From an uncultured bacterium (GTDB taxonomy: Bacteria > Bacteroidota > Bacteroidia > Bacteroidales > Marinifilaceae): 64,000 bases of DNA. Under the pieces are notes generated by a model. It saw nothing but the letters and a program-made list of their open reading frames with translations, had not been told where the DNA came from and did no database searches. Position 1 is the first letter of the stretch. Each line of letters starts with the position of its first letter. The stretch lies in NCBI GenBank assembly GCA_905216195.1, contig CAJMSX010000012.1, positions 1,706-65,705 on the forward strand, in the 5' to 3' direction. Of this stretch, positions 12,238 to 22,645 are shown one piece after another. A program made the translations under genes and the position numbers.

Positions 12238-13311
12238 ATGAAGATGAAAGAAGGATGGATTTCCATCGCAATCGTACTCTTGCTGAGTTTGTTTTCTGTT
12301 GCGGTACTCCGGGCAGAAGAGAAAAAGGAGGGTACGGCTGTTTTTGACCCGGAGCAGGTCATTTTCGAGCATTTGGGAGATGAATACGGTTGGAGCATCG
12401 AGTTGCCGCACGGCAGAAGAGTGAGTATTCCTTTGCCGGTTATCGTACGGAGTCAGCAGGGGAAATGGTATCTATTCAGCTCTTCCCGTTTGGAAAACGG
12501 GAAGGTTTATAAAGGTTTTTACCTGGCTAAAGGAGGGGATTACGATGGAAAAGTAGTGCAAAAGGGGGAGGGCGGACAAGTGTATCGTCCCTGGGACCTG
12601 TCGGTTACAAAGAACGTATTGGCGCTTTTTATCACGGCTTTGCTGGTGGCTTGGGCGGTTTTTCCTATGGTACGCTGGTATAAGCGGAATCCGTTGAAAG
12701 CTCCCCGCCGAAGGTTAGGCCTCATGGAGATGCTCATCGATATGATGTATACGGAAGTTATCGTATCCGTATTGGGAAAAGAAGCGAGGCGATACGGGCC
12801 TTACCTGCTCACGCTGTTTTTCTTCATCCTGTTTTCCAATTTATTGGGACTGATGGTCGTATTTCCCGGGGGAGCCAATGTGATGGGGAATATTTCGATT
12901 ACGCTGGTTTTGGCGGTATGTACTTTTGTCGTCGTGAACGTTTCGGGGACCAAAGCATACTGGAAAGAAATGTTTTGGCCGGACGTGCCCCGCTGGCTGA
13001 AGTTTCCCTTGCCGATTATGCCATTGATTGAGATATTCGGTATGTTTACCAAGCCGGTGGCCTTAATGATCCGTTTGTTTGCCAATATGCTGGCGGGACA
13101 TCTGATTACTCTGGTCTTGATTTCCCTTATTTTTATTTTCGGGGCGATGGGGACGGCAGCTTTGGGGACTTCTACCGTTATTGCCGTATTGTTCGCCCTG
13201 TTTATGGGGCTGGTGGATTTCCTGATTTGTTTTATTCAGGCTTACGTATTTATGATATTATCCACTATTTTTATCAATCTGGCCCGGGTCGGAAAAGAAA
13301 ATGCAAATTAA
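12238..13311 (+). CDS. atpB: Fo ATP synthase subunit a (long N-terminal extension)
   Basis: 357 aa. The conserved arginine context LMIRLFANMLAGH, multiple TM helices, and its position in the atp operon. Confidence 0.9.
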   Translation: MKMKEGWISIAIVLLLSLFSVAVLRAEEKKEGTAVFDPEQVIFEHLGDEYGWSIELPHGRRVSIPLPVIVRSQQGKWYLFSSSRLENGKVYKGFYLAKGGDYDGKVVQKGEGGQVYRPWDLSVTKNVLALFITALLVAWAVFPMVRWYKRNPLKAPRRRLGLMEMLIDMMYTEVIVSVLGKEARRYGPYLLTLFFFILFSNLLGLMVVFPGGANVMGNISITLVLAVCTFVVVNVSGTKAYWKEMFWPDVPRWLKFPLPIMPLIEIFGMFTKPVALMIRLFANMLAGHLITLVLISLIFIFGAMGTAALGTSTVIAVLFALFMGLVDFLICFIQAYVFMILSTIFINLARVGKENAN

Positions 13312-13343
13312 AAATAAATAAAACTATATTTTATAACAACTAA

Positions 13344-13613
<270 letters not shown>

Positions 13614-13729
13614 CCTTTTTTGTTTCGAACGGTTTGAACCGGGACGGATAAATCCGGCGGGACCTGAAAGGTAAGAGGGAGAACCCTTAGAGTTACGTAT
13701 TCGATATGTACTATATAAAATAAAAGATT

Positions 13730-14218
13730 ATGGCATTATTCGAGCCGGAATTCGGATTGGTATTTTGGATGCTGGTCGTTTTCCTGATTCTTTTGGGTAT
13801 ACTGGCGAAATTTGCCTGGCCCGTTATTCTCAAAAGTGTGGAAGAAAGAGCGGATTTTATCGACAAAGGGGTACTCTATACCCAAGAGGCGATAAACCGG
13901 AAAAAACAGGCGGAAGCCGATGCACGCGCACTTTTAGAGGATGCACAGAGAAAGCAATTGGAAATTTTGCAGGAGACCCAGCGTTTAAAACAAAAAATGA
14001 TCGAAGAGGCGAAAAAAAACGCAATGGTGGAAGCACAGAAAGTGTTGGACGGGGCCCGTTTATCCGCCGAGCAGATGAAGCGGGAAGCGGAAGTGCAGTT
14101 GAAAAGACGGGTGGGACAACTTTCTTTGGAAATAGCCGGGAGAGTAATCCGGCAAGACCTGTCCGAAAATAAAGAACAGGAAGAATTGGTAGAAAAATAT
14201 TTGGAAGAGATGAATTAG
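13730..14218 (+). CDS. atpF: Fo ATP synthase subunit b
   Basis: 162 aa. A single N-terminal TM helix, then a long charged coiled coil. Operon position fits. Confidence 0.88.
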   Translation: MALFEPEFGLVFWMLVVFLILLGILAKFAWPVILKSVEERADFIDKGVLYTQEAINRKKQAEADARALLEDAQRKQLEILQETQRLKQKMIEEAKKNAMVEAQKVLDGARLSAEQMKREAEVQLKRRVGQLSLEIAGRVIRQDLSENKEQEELVEKYLEEMN

Positions 14219-14280
14219 CGGGATTTTTACGGAGAGCGACACTTCTCCGTCCTGCTTATAAGGAATAAAACCGCGGGTTT

Positions 14281-14820
14281 ATGAACGAAGGGTTAATTTC
14301 ACAACGGTATGCGAAAGCATTTTTCCGTTATGCGAAAGAAGTAGGGGCAGAAACAGCCGTATACGAGAAAATGAAAGTGTTTCTGGAAAATTACCAGACA
14401 CACCCGCATTTGCAAAAGGCTTTACTCAACCCTGTTTTATCGGCGAAAGATAAGGAGCTTTTGCTTTCTTCAGCAATCGGTATCGATCCGGGAGAAGTGT
14501 ACGTGAGAGCGATTCGTCTGATTATTAAAAATCACCGGGAGGGATACATCCGGACGATCGCTTTGATGTACGAGGAATTATACCGTAAAGCCGAACACAT
14601 ACTTTTGGTAAAGATTATTACGGCTGCTCCCTTGTCGGAGGCGGTCGTCGCTAAAATTCAGGAAACCGTTCGTAAACATACCCCTTATAAGCTGGAATTT
14701 TCCACCTTTGTAGATCCCTCGCTTATCGGCGGGTTTATCCTCCATATGGGTTCTGAACAATTGGATGCTTCGGTTCGTAAGGAATTGAAAGAGATACGTA
14801 AAGAATTGTTGAATAATTGA
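14281..14820 (+). CDS. atpH: F1 ATP synthase subunit delta (OSCP)
   Basis: 179 aa. The ISQRYAKAFF start and C-terminal GGFILHMGSEQLDASV are typical of OSCP/delta. Confidence 0.88.
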   Translation: MNEGLISQRYAKAFFRYAKEVGAETAVYEKMKVFLENYQTHPHLQKALLNPVLSAKDKELLLSSAIGIDPGEVYVRAIRLIIKNHREGYIRTIALMYEELYRKAEHILLVKIITAAPLSEAVVAKIQETVRKHTPYKLEFSTFVDPSLIGGFILHMGSEQLDASVRKELKEIRKELLNN

Positions 14821-14871
14821 TCTGTATGACGATTCCGGAAAAAGTGCAGGTCTTAAAATAAAACTTAGGTT

Positions 14872-16449
14872 ATGAGTAAATTGGATGAAGTTTCGGATAT
14901 ACTGGAGATGCAACTCAAAGGTGTAGACACCAAAACGGTTTTTGAGGAAGTGGGAACCGTATTGGAAGTGGGGGATGGGGTGGCACATGTCTTCGGTCTG
15001 GATAACGTGCGCTCCAGTGAACTGGTAGAATTCGAGAACGGGGTAAGAGGGGTGGCGATGAATCTGGAGCAGGATAATGTGGGTGTGATTTTAATGAATG
15101 CGGGCGACCGGGTAAAAGAGAATTTTACGGTGAAGCGCACCGGCCACATCGCTTCGTTGCGGGTAGGGGAAGGTTTGCTGGGCCGGGTTATCAATACGCT
15201 GGGGGATCCTATAGACGGAGCGGGGCCTATTCCGGGCGAAACCATCGAATTGCCGTTGGAACGTAAAGCTCCGGGCGTGATTTTCCGTCAGCCGGTAAAA
15301 GAACCTTTGCAAACGGGCATCAAAGCGGTGGATTCCATGGTGCCTATCGGGAGAGGCCAACGGGAACTGATCATCGGTGACCGTCAAACCGGGAAAACGG
15401 CTATCGCTATCGATACCATATTGAATCAACGGGATAATTTCCGTCAGGGTAAACCCCTCTACTGCATATATGTAGCCATCGGACAGAAAGCTTCTTCCGT
15501 GGCTACACTGGTCAATGTACTGCGGGAAAAAGGAGCTTTGGAGTATTGCATCATCGTGGCGGCCAATGCTTCCGATTCGGCAGCCATGCGTTATTATGCT
15601 CCTTTTGCCGGCGCTTCTATCGGGGAATATTTCAGGGATAGCGGAAGAGACGCCTTGGTGATTTACGACGATCTTTCCAAACAGGCGGTAGCCTATCGGG
15701 AGATTTCCCTGATTCTCAGGCGTCCTTCCGGACGTGAGGCTTATCCGGGCGATATATTTTATTTGCATTCCCGTTTGCTGGAACGGGCGGCCCGTATCAT
15801 TTCCAATGATGAAGTCGCCGCTCAGATGAACGATTTGCCGGATGCTCTCCGTGCGGGCATAAAGGGAGGAGGTTCCCTGACGGCTCTGCCTATTATCGAA
15901 ACCCAGGCGGGAGATGTTTCCGCTTATATCCCGACTAATGTGATATCGATTACCGACGGACAGATATTTCTGGATACGGCTTTGTTTAATGAAGGTATGC
16001 GTCCTGCAATCAATGTCGGTATTTCAGTATCCCGGGTCGGTGGCAATGCCCAATTGAAATCGATGAAAAAAATTGCCGGTACCTTGAAAATCGATCAGGC
16101 CCAGTACCGGGAACTGGAAGCTTTCTCCAAGTTCGGAGGTGATATGGACCCTGTTACCGCTATGGTCATAGACAAAGGACGCAAAAACGCCCACCTGCTG
16201 GTACAGCCTCAGTATGCTCCTATGCCGGTGGAGGAAGAGATTGCCGTGATCTTTTGTGGTACACAGGGATTGTTGAAGGACGTTCCTCTTCATCACGTGG
16301 CGGATTTTGAAAAACTCTTTCTGGAGCTGTTGCACGCCCGTTATGAAAAAGAGGTGCTGGAACGGCTGAAAGCAGGAGTACTGGACGATGAAGCGGCGGA
16401 TTTGATGACCCGTATTGCCCTGGAAGTGGCGGAACGTTTTAAGGAATAA
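14872..16449 (+). CDS. atpA: F1 ATP synthase subunit alpha
   Basis: 525 aa. Walker [15 protein letters not shown], plus [31 protein letters not shown]. Confidence 0.97.
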   Translation: MSKLDEVSDILEMQLKGVDTKTVFEEVGTVLEVGDGVAHVFGLDNVRSSELVEFENGVRGVAMNLEQDNVGVILMNAGDRVKENFTVKRTGHIASLRVGEGLLGRVINTLGDPIDGAGPIPGETIELPLERKAPGVIFRQPVKEPLQTGIKAVDSMVPIGRGQRELIIGDRQTGKTAIAIDTILNQRDNFRQGKPLYCIYVAIGQKASSVATLVNVLREKGALEYCIIVAANASDSAAMRYYAPFAGASIGEYFRDSGRDALVIYDDLSKQAVAYREISLILRRPSGREAYPGDIFYLHSRLLERAARIISNDEVAAQMNDLPDALRAGIKGGGSLTALPIIETQAGDVSAYIPTNVISITDGQIFLDTALFNEGMRPAINVGISVSRVGGNAQLKSMKKIAGTLKIDQAQYRELEAFSKFGGDMDPVTAMVIDKGRKNAHLLVQPQYAPMPVEEEIAVIFCGTQGLLKDVPLHHVADFEKLFLELLHARYEKEVLERLKAGVLDDEAADLMTRIALEVAERFKE

Positions 16450-16503
16450 ACGTTCGGTGGAGACAGACAGATTATGGTTGGACTAAAATGAAAAATTTCG
16501 ATT

Positions 16504-17385
16504 ATGGCAACTATGCGTGAATTGAAGCGGAGGATTAATTCGGTTCAGTCTTCCCAGAAAATTACCGGTGCGATGAAAATGATTTCTTCGGCCCGGTTTC
16601 GTAAGGCGGAAGCTGCGATGAATCACGCTTTGCCTTATGAAGAACAATTGCAGTCCATTTTGAGGCATGTGAATGAAAAGGATTGCGATTATGAATCTTC
16701 GCTCCGGCAGGAGCGGACGGTCCGGAACGCCGCCTTGGTGGTGCTGGGTACGGATGAGGGACTGTGTGGGGCGTTCAATATAAATATCTACAGGAAGTTT
16801 TTGGAAGCGGTAAATGAATATCATGCCGCTCAAGTGGAACCCGAGGTTTATCCCATCGGGAAAAAAATACTGGGGGACATCAGGCGGACCCGAGGCATTG
16901 CGGAAAAGAAGGTACCCGATGTTTTCGCCAACGGTCCGTACGCCGAAGCCGTACAAGTGCTGTCCGATGAATTGATCGCCCGTTTCCGGGAGGGAAAAAT
17001 CGACCGGGCGGAAGTGATCTATACCCATTTCAAAAGCCGGGGAACTCAGGTGGTAAAGCGTTTGCAATTGCTTCCCCTCAAACCCCGGGTTCCCGAAGAA
17101 CAAGCCGGGCCGGATTATACGGATAAGGTATTGATGTACATCTATGAGCCGGATTGCAAAGAGATATTTGAAATTCTTTACCCTTTAGTGATCCGTACGA
17201 TGTTTTACAAAGCCTTGCTGGAAAACCGGGCTTCGGAGCAGGCCGTGCGTATTCTTGCGATGCAGATGGCCAATGACAATGCCGTTAAGTTGCTGGGAAG
17301 TCTTCAACTGGAATACAACAAACTTCGTCAACAGGGCATTACGACCGAATTGCTGGATATGGCCGGCGGTCAGATAGAAGAATAA
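16504..17385 (+). CDS. atpG: F1 ATP synthase subunit gamma
   Basis: 293 aa. MATMRELKRRINSVQSSQKITGAMKMISSARFRKAE at the N-terminus and ITTELLDMAGG at the C-terminus. Confidence 0.93.
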   Translation: MATMRELKRRINSVQSSQKITGAMKMISSARFRKAEAAMNHALPYEEQLQSILRHVNEKDCDYESSLRQERTVRNAALVVLGTDEGLCGAFNINIYRKFLEAVNEYHAAQVEPEVYPIGKKILGDIRRTRGIAEKKVPDVFANGPYAEAVQVLSDELIARFREGKIDRAEVIYTHFKSRGTQVVKRLQLLPLKPRVPEEQAGPDYTDKVLMYIYEPDCKEIFEILYPLVIRTMFYKALLENRASEQAVRILAMQMANDNAVKLLGSLQLEYNKLRQQGITTELLDMAGGQIEE

Positions 17386-17768
17386 GGCGGTAAAATAAAT
17401 TTTTAATCGTTTCTTTCTTCCGGTACCGCTTGTTTTTCGATTTTCCCTTTGCCCCTTTCTGGTGAGCGATAGGCATCCTCTTTTCCTTTACCGGGTAAAG
17501 CGATTCTCCTGCGGAGGTTGGTTTTCTCCCTTTTTCATTTCCATAAATATACGGAGTTTTTTCCCTTGGAAACCTTCTTTCCGGAAGGATTCAGGGGAAA
17601 AATACGGCCTGACCGAAAATGTCTGTTTTTTATACAAACCTGTCTAAAAATTAGACAATTTAAAACCGGCTTTAATGGATAATATTTTGATAATCAATTT
17701 AATAAAAATTAGGCATGTTTTTTGATATTTAAGCGGGTGTTGTGATTAAATTCATTAAATAAAAAGAT

Positions 17769-20126
17769 ATGTGGATACAATTAAAAGAACTGATACGGAC
17801 GAAGCGGAATAAGCCGTTTTCTTTTATCGTCAACACGGTGGGGATGGCTTTGGCTTTTACAGCAGTGATTATCATGTTTACTTATGTTCGTGGGGAGCTG
17901 AATCACGACAGTGATGTCCTGGACCGGGCGGATATCGTACGGGTGAGAAATGGGAGCTGGGGCATTACACCGGGTGCTTATGCCAGCTGGCTGGCCGGAA
18001 GTTTGCCGGAAGTAAGAGCGTACTGCCGGGTTTTAAACCTGCATGTTTCGGTATTCATTCCTTATCAGAAAGGAGCGGAGGAACTCTATTCGGAGGAGGA
18101 AGTAGTGATGGCCGACAGCACTTATCCTTCGTTTTTTTCGCTGCGTATCATAAGCGGGGCGAGGCAGGATGCATTGGCGACAACTGAGCAGGCGATGCTG
18201 AGCGAGAGTATGGCCCGGCAGTTTTTCGGAGACAGCGACCCGGTCGGGAAACAGATCGTGTTGGGGGAAGCAAAGCCGATGACCGTTTCGGCAGTTTTCG
18301 AAGACATTGTCAATCCGGGTTTGCGGAGTCCGAAGATATTGATCAACCTGCATTATGTGGATAAGGTGTGGCAGGAAGGGTACAGCGATTCCTGGTGGTC
18401 ATCGAACTGGGAGTCTTATCTCAAGTTGGCTCCGGGGAGTGATCTTCAGCTTTTGACGGAAAAATACAGGGAGTTGTATGCCGAAAAGTTACGGAGCTTT
18501 GGGGAGGAAGAAGAAAATATAAAGGGATCTTTGTCGCAGGCCGAATTGATACCCTACGAAGACCTTTATTTCGGTTCCTTGCTCGACGGAGCCCGCCACG
18601 GTAATCGTTCGAATATTGATATCCTGATTTTGATTTCCATATTGGTATTGGTGGTGAGTATTATCAATTATGTAAATATGGCGACGGCGCGGGTGGCTGA
18701 TAAATCGCGGATTATCGGTCTGAAAAGGACTTTGGGGGCGGAAAGAGGAAGTCTGGTTTCTTCCATTGTCCTGGATTCGGTAGTGACTTGCTGGTTGGCT
18801 ATGGGGATTGCCTGGGTGATTGCCCGTATCTCTTTCCCTTATCTGGCCGGATGGCTGGGATGCGGAGAAGTGTTGCATCTCGATGGTTGGGCCGCTGTGA
18901 TTCTTTTTGTGGTCGTGCCTCTGGTAAGCGGACTATTGTCGGGGATTTTCCCGGCCTTTTATCTCACCCGGATGAATCGTCTGGAATCGATGAATTCGCA
19001 ACGGAACGAAAGCCTGGCTTTGCAACGACTGAAAGGAGGGTTGATGGTACTGCAATTTGCCGTTTCTCTGGGACTGATTATTTCTACTTTGTTAATCAAG
19101 AAACAAGTGGACTACATGAAGGAGATGGATCCCGGTTACGACCGGAATAATGTGGTGGTGGTCCGCGGACATGGAGACGCCATCCTGTTGCAAAAATTTA
19201 AAGAATTCCGCAATCTTTTGTTACAACATCCTGCCATCCGGAATGTAGCGGCTGCTAAAGAACCCATTTATAACATCGGAGAACGGGGCGGATATTTGCG
19301 GATTCCCGGCACCGGAGAAGAAGTGGGAGGAAATGTAACCTGGATCGATGAAAATTTTATGGAGCTGATGAAACTGAAACTGGTGGAAGGGGAAGGTTTC
19401 CGCGAAGGAGCGAATAACCGGGAAAAATACATCATCAATCAACAGATGGCGAAGGAAATAGCTTCGCAGTCGCCCGATCATAGTTATCTGTCTGATGTCC
19501 AGATCGGAGTAGTCAAAGACTTTAATTTCCAGTCCATGCACGAACCCATCCAACCGATGTATTTCGGGTATATCAACGGACGGCAGCAGATGGCAGATGC
19601 TTATATCCGTATTGTTCCCGAGCAGCGGGAGGAGGCTTTGGCTCATATAGAGAAATGTTACCGGCAGATTTATCCTCAGACGTTTTACGAATATAGTTTT
19701 ATGGATGACGATTATGCCCGGCTGTACGGGAACGAGGATTTGTTTGCCCGCCGGTTGTTGTCGTTTACCGGAATGTCTATCGTAATTGCCTGTTTAGGCT
19801 TACTCGCTTTTGTGGTATTTTTTATCGAACAGAAGACCAAGAGTATCGGCGTCCGGAAAGTGATGGGGGCTACCGAGTACCAGATTCTGGAACTGCTGAA
19901 CCGGGATTTTATGCGCCGTCTTTTTATAGCCTTTATTATCGCCTGTCCCGTGGTATATTATGTGGTCTCTCTTTGGCTGGATAATTTTGCTTATAAAACC
20001 GTTCTGAGCTGGTGGATCTTTGCTCTGGCGTTTGTGATCATGTTCCTCATTGCCGTCTTGAGCGTGAGCGTTCTCACCTGGAAAGCTGCCACGGCCAATC
20101 CGGTCGATTCGCTGAAAACGGAATAG
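17769..20126 (+). CDS. FtsX/MacB-like ABC transporter permease (two FtsX domains)
   Basis: 785 aa. N-terminal TM, large periplasmic domain, then 3 TM helices, repeated twice. C-terminal TWKAATANPVDSLKTE is typical of this Bacteroidota family. Confidence 0.8.
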   Translation: MWIQLKELIRTKRNKPFSFIVNTVGMALAFTAVIIMFTYVRGELNHDSDVLDRADIVRVRNGSWGITPGAYASWLAGSLPEVRAYCRVLNLHVSVFIPYQKGAEELYSEEEVVMADSTYPSFFSLRIISGARQDALATTEQAMLSESMARQFFGDSDPVGKQIVLGEAKPMTVSAVFEDIVNPGLRSPKILINLHYVDKVWQEGYSDSWWSSNWESYLKLAPGSDLQLLTEKYRELYAEKLRSFGEEEENIKGSLSQAELIPYEDLYFGSLLDGARHGNRSNIDILILISILVLVVSIINYVNMATARVADKSRIIGLKRTLGAERGSLVSSIVLDSVVTCWLAMGIAWVIARISFPYLAGWLGCGEVLHLDGWAAVILFVVVPLVSGLLSGIFPAFYLTRMNRLESMNSQRNESLALQRLKGGLMVLQFAVSLGLIISTLLIKKQVDYMKEMDPGYDRNNVVVVRGHGDAILLQKFKEFRNLLLQHPAIRNVAAAKEPIYNIGERGGYLRIPGTGEEVGGNVTWIDENFMELMKLKLVEGEGFREGANNREKYIINQQMAKEIASQSPDHSYLSDVQIGVVKDFNFQSMHEPIQPMYFGYINGRQQMADAYIRIVPEQREEALAHIEKCYRQIYPQTFYEYSFMDDDYARLYGNEDLFARRLLSFTGMSIVIACLGLLAFVVFFIEQKTKSIGVRKVMGATEYQILELLNRDFMRRLFIAFIIACPVVYYVVSLWLDNFAYKTVLSWWIFALAFVIMFLIAVLSVSVLTWKAATANPVDSLKTE

Positions 20127-20157
20127 AACTTTGGAAAAAACTTAAATTCTTTTTGTT

Positions 20158-22533
20158 ATGTGGACGTCTCTGAAAGAACTCATCCGGACAAAACGGAACC
20201 GGCCTTTTACTTTTATTGTGAACTCCGCCGGTTTGATTCTCGCCTTTACGGCTGTTATCGTCATGTATACTCATGTAATCGGCGAATGGAATCATGACGC
20301 GGATGTAGAGTATCGGGAAGATATCGTACGGGTGGAGACGGCCTGGGGACTGACTGCAGGAGCATACGGTCCCTGGTTGTGCGACGTTATGCCGGAAGTG
20401 GAACAATACTGCCGGATTTTTCTGGATAACAATGCCGCGATACATGTGCCGGCTCAACAGGAGACAGAGGAAGTGTTTACCCGGGAAAAAGTTTTTCTGG
20501 CTGATGCTACCTATGCTTCCTTCTTTTCCCTCCGCCTGGTCCGGGGAGATTCCACTTACCGTCCTGACGGAGTTCTGCTGAGTGAATCGGCGGCAAAACA
20601 GTTGTTCGGAGAATCCGATCCTATCGGAAAAACTTTAATCCTCCGGCATAACATTCCTTTGACCGTACAAGCTTTATTTAAAGACATAAAAAATCCGGGC
20701 ATCCGAAGCCCCCGCATTCTGGGAATGCTGGAAACGGCCAATCATTTGTTAGGGAGTAAGATGACGGAAGAGTGGAATTTCGCAAATTTCGAAACCTACC
20801 TCCGGTTAAAACCGGGTACCGACAGAATACAATTTACCGGGAAATTCGAGCAGCTATATGCCGCTAAATTGAAAGAAATCGGTTATAAAGAGGATCAGAT
20901 TCCGCAGTCCGTAAACCAGGCTTTGGTACGCAATTACACGGATATTTATTTCGATAACGAAGTTTTGGGTTTTGCTGATCACGGCAATTCTAACAACCTC
21001 CGTATTTTGATGATGCTTACCATTCTGGTTTTGGCAATAAGTATTATCAATTATGTCAATATCGCTACGGCTAAGGTAGCTGAAAAATCCCGCACGATCG
21101 GGATGAAACGGATATTGGGTGCCGGGCGGACCTCCCTGATAGCTTTCCTTGTATTTGATTCGGTTTTTACCTGTTTTATAGCGATGGGGGTGGCTTGGCT
21201 GCTAGCCCAGGGACTGGCCCCTTTCTTACAACAGTGGATCGGTCTGGGGGATATGTCTCAACTCACCTTTTTGCCTGCTCTGGTATTGTGGGTAGCCGTG
21301 CCTTTGCTTTGCGGTTTGTTATCCGGCATATTTCCGGCCTTCTATCTCACTCGGTTGAACCGGTTCGACTCGATGAATTCGCAGAAAAACGAAAGCCTGG
21401 CTTTGCAGCGGTTTAAAAGCGGACTGATGATTCTACAGTTTGCCGTTTCTATGGGATTGATCATATCCACGCTTTTTATCTATAAACAGGTAAATTACAT
21501 GAAGCATTTCGACACCGGATACGACCGGAAGAATATTGTCGTGGTGCATGGGAACCGGGAGCGGGTTTTGTATAGTAAATATCCCGGTTTTAGAACGGCT
21601 TTATTGCAAAATCCGGCGGTACTGCAGGTAGGAGCTTCCAAAGATCCGATTTACAACATCCGGGAAAAGGGTTTTCACCTGGATGTGAGCGGTTGGGAGA
21701 ATAAAGAAGCAGTGTATGTTACCTGGGTAGATGCGCCTTTTCTGGATTTAATGGGTTTGAAAATTGTGGAAGGAGAAGGTTTTCATGAGGCAGACCAGGT
21801 GATAAAAGACATCGGTTGGAGCGTCAATCAAAAATTTATTATCAATCAGCGGATGGCGAAAGAAATCGCTTCCTTAGCTCCTGTACAGAATTATTTGGGA
21901 GGTAACCGGATCGGCGTGGTAAAAGATTTCAATTTCAGGTCGATGCATGAGCCGGTTAGTCCGATGTACCTGGGATTGCTAGGCGGTTTTAACAGTCAAA
22001 TCGATGTTTACATCCGGATTGCACCTGAAAACCGGGAAAAAGCCCTGCAGTATATTGAGAGTTGTTATCGGGAGTTTTACCCGGGAACTTTGTATCAGTA
22101 TAGTTTTCTGGAGGACGATTACGTCCGGCTTTACGGTTCGGAAGATGTTTTTGCTTTGAGGCTATTCTTGTTTTCGGTTTTGTCGGTTGTCATCGCCTGT
22201 TTGGGATTGCTGGCTTTTGTGGTATTTTTTATCGAACAGAAAACAAAAAGCATCGGTTTACGCAAAGTAATGGGAGCTACTGAATTCCAGATTATGGGGT
22301 TGCTGAACCGTAAGTTCCTGATTCGTTTGCTGGCTGGTTTCGTTTTGGTATGTCCGGTGGCCTATTTTGTGGTTGTGCGCTGGCTATCGGGTTTTGCCTA
22401 TAGAACGGAATTAAGCTGGTGGGTATTTGCTGGGGCCTTTATCCTGATGTTCGTTATAGCCTTACTGTGTGTAAGTATGCTGACCTGGAAAGCTGCTACA
22501 GCAAATCCTGTGGATTCTCTGAAAAATGAGTAA
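20158..22533 (+). CDS. FtsX/MacB-like ABC transporter permease, tandem paralog
   Basis: 791 aa, colinear with the previous gene (MW.SLKELIRTKRN.PF.FIVN ... TWKAATANPVDSLKNE). Confidence 0.8.
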   Translation: MWTSLKELIRTKRNRPFTFIVNSAGLILAFTAVIVMYTHVIGEWNHDADVEYREDIVRVETAWGLTAGAYGPWLCDVMPEVEQYCRIFLDNNAAIHVPAQQETEEVFTREKVFLADATYASFFSLRLVRGDSTYRPDGVLLSESAAKQLFGESDPIGKTLILRHNIPLTVQALFKDIKNPGIRSPRILGMLETANHLLGSKMTEEWNFANFETYLRLKPGTDRIQFTGKFEQLYAAKLKEIGYKEDQIPQSVNQALVRNYTDIYFDNEVLGFADHGNSNNLRILMMLTILVLAISIINYVNIATAKVAEKSRTIGMKRILGAGRTSLIAFLVFDSVFTCFIAMGVAWLLAQGLAPFLQQWIGLGDMSQLTFLPALVLWVAVPLLCGLLSGIFPAFYLTRLNRFDSMNSQKNESLALQRFKSGLMILQFAVSMGLIISTLFIYKQVNYMKHFDTGYDRKNIVVVHGNRERVLYSKYPGFRTALLQNPAVLQVGASKDPIYNIREKGFHLDVSGWENKEAVYVTWVDAPFLDLMGLKIVEGEGFHEADQVIKDIGWSVNQKFIINQRMAKEIASLAPVQNYLGGNRIGVVKDFNFRSMHEPVSPMYLGLLGGFNSQIDVYIRIAPENREKALQYIESCYREFYPGTLYQYSFLEDDYVRLYGSEDVFALRLFLFSVLSVVIACLGLLAFVVFFIEQKTKSIGLRKVMGATEFQIMGLLNRKFLIRLLAGFVLVCPVAYFVVVRWLSGFAYRTELSWWVFAGAFILMFVIALLCVSMLTWKAATANPVDSLKNE

Positions 22534-22645
22534 TTTTGTGTCCGGATAAATCCGAGCTGGGATACACCGTTCGGAGGATGTTTAGACAGTGAGTCCGGTG
22601 GAATCGGTGGGTGCTGAATCTCTTTCTTTTTTAATTCATTCAGGT

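Noticed and set aside
22589-22645. Upstream GTG start of the GH92 ORF, and similarly the 45616 start of the membrane protein, the 49113 start of the OMP, the 51529 start of the lipoprotein and the 57652 start of the DUF3575 protein.
   Set aside because: In each case an internal ATG is immediately followed by a canonical signal peptide or lipobox (or the first TM helix). The upstream extension has no protein-like character.
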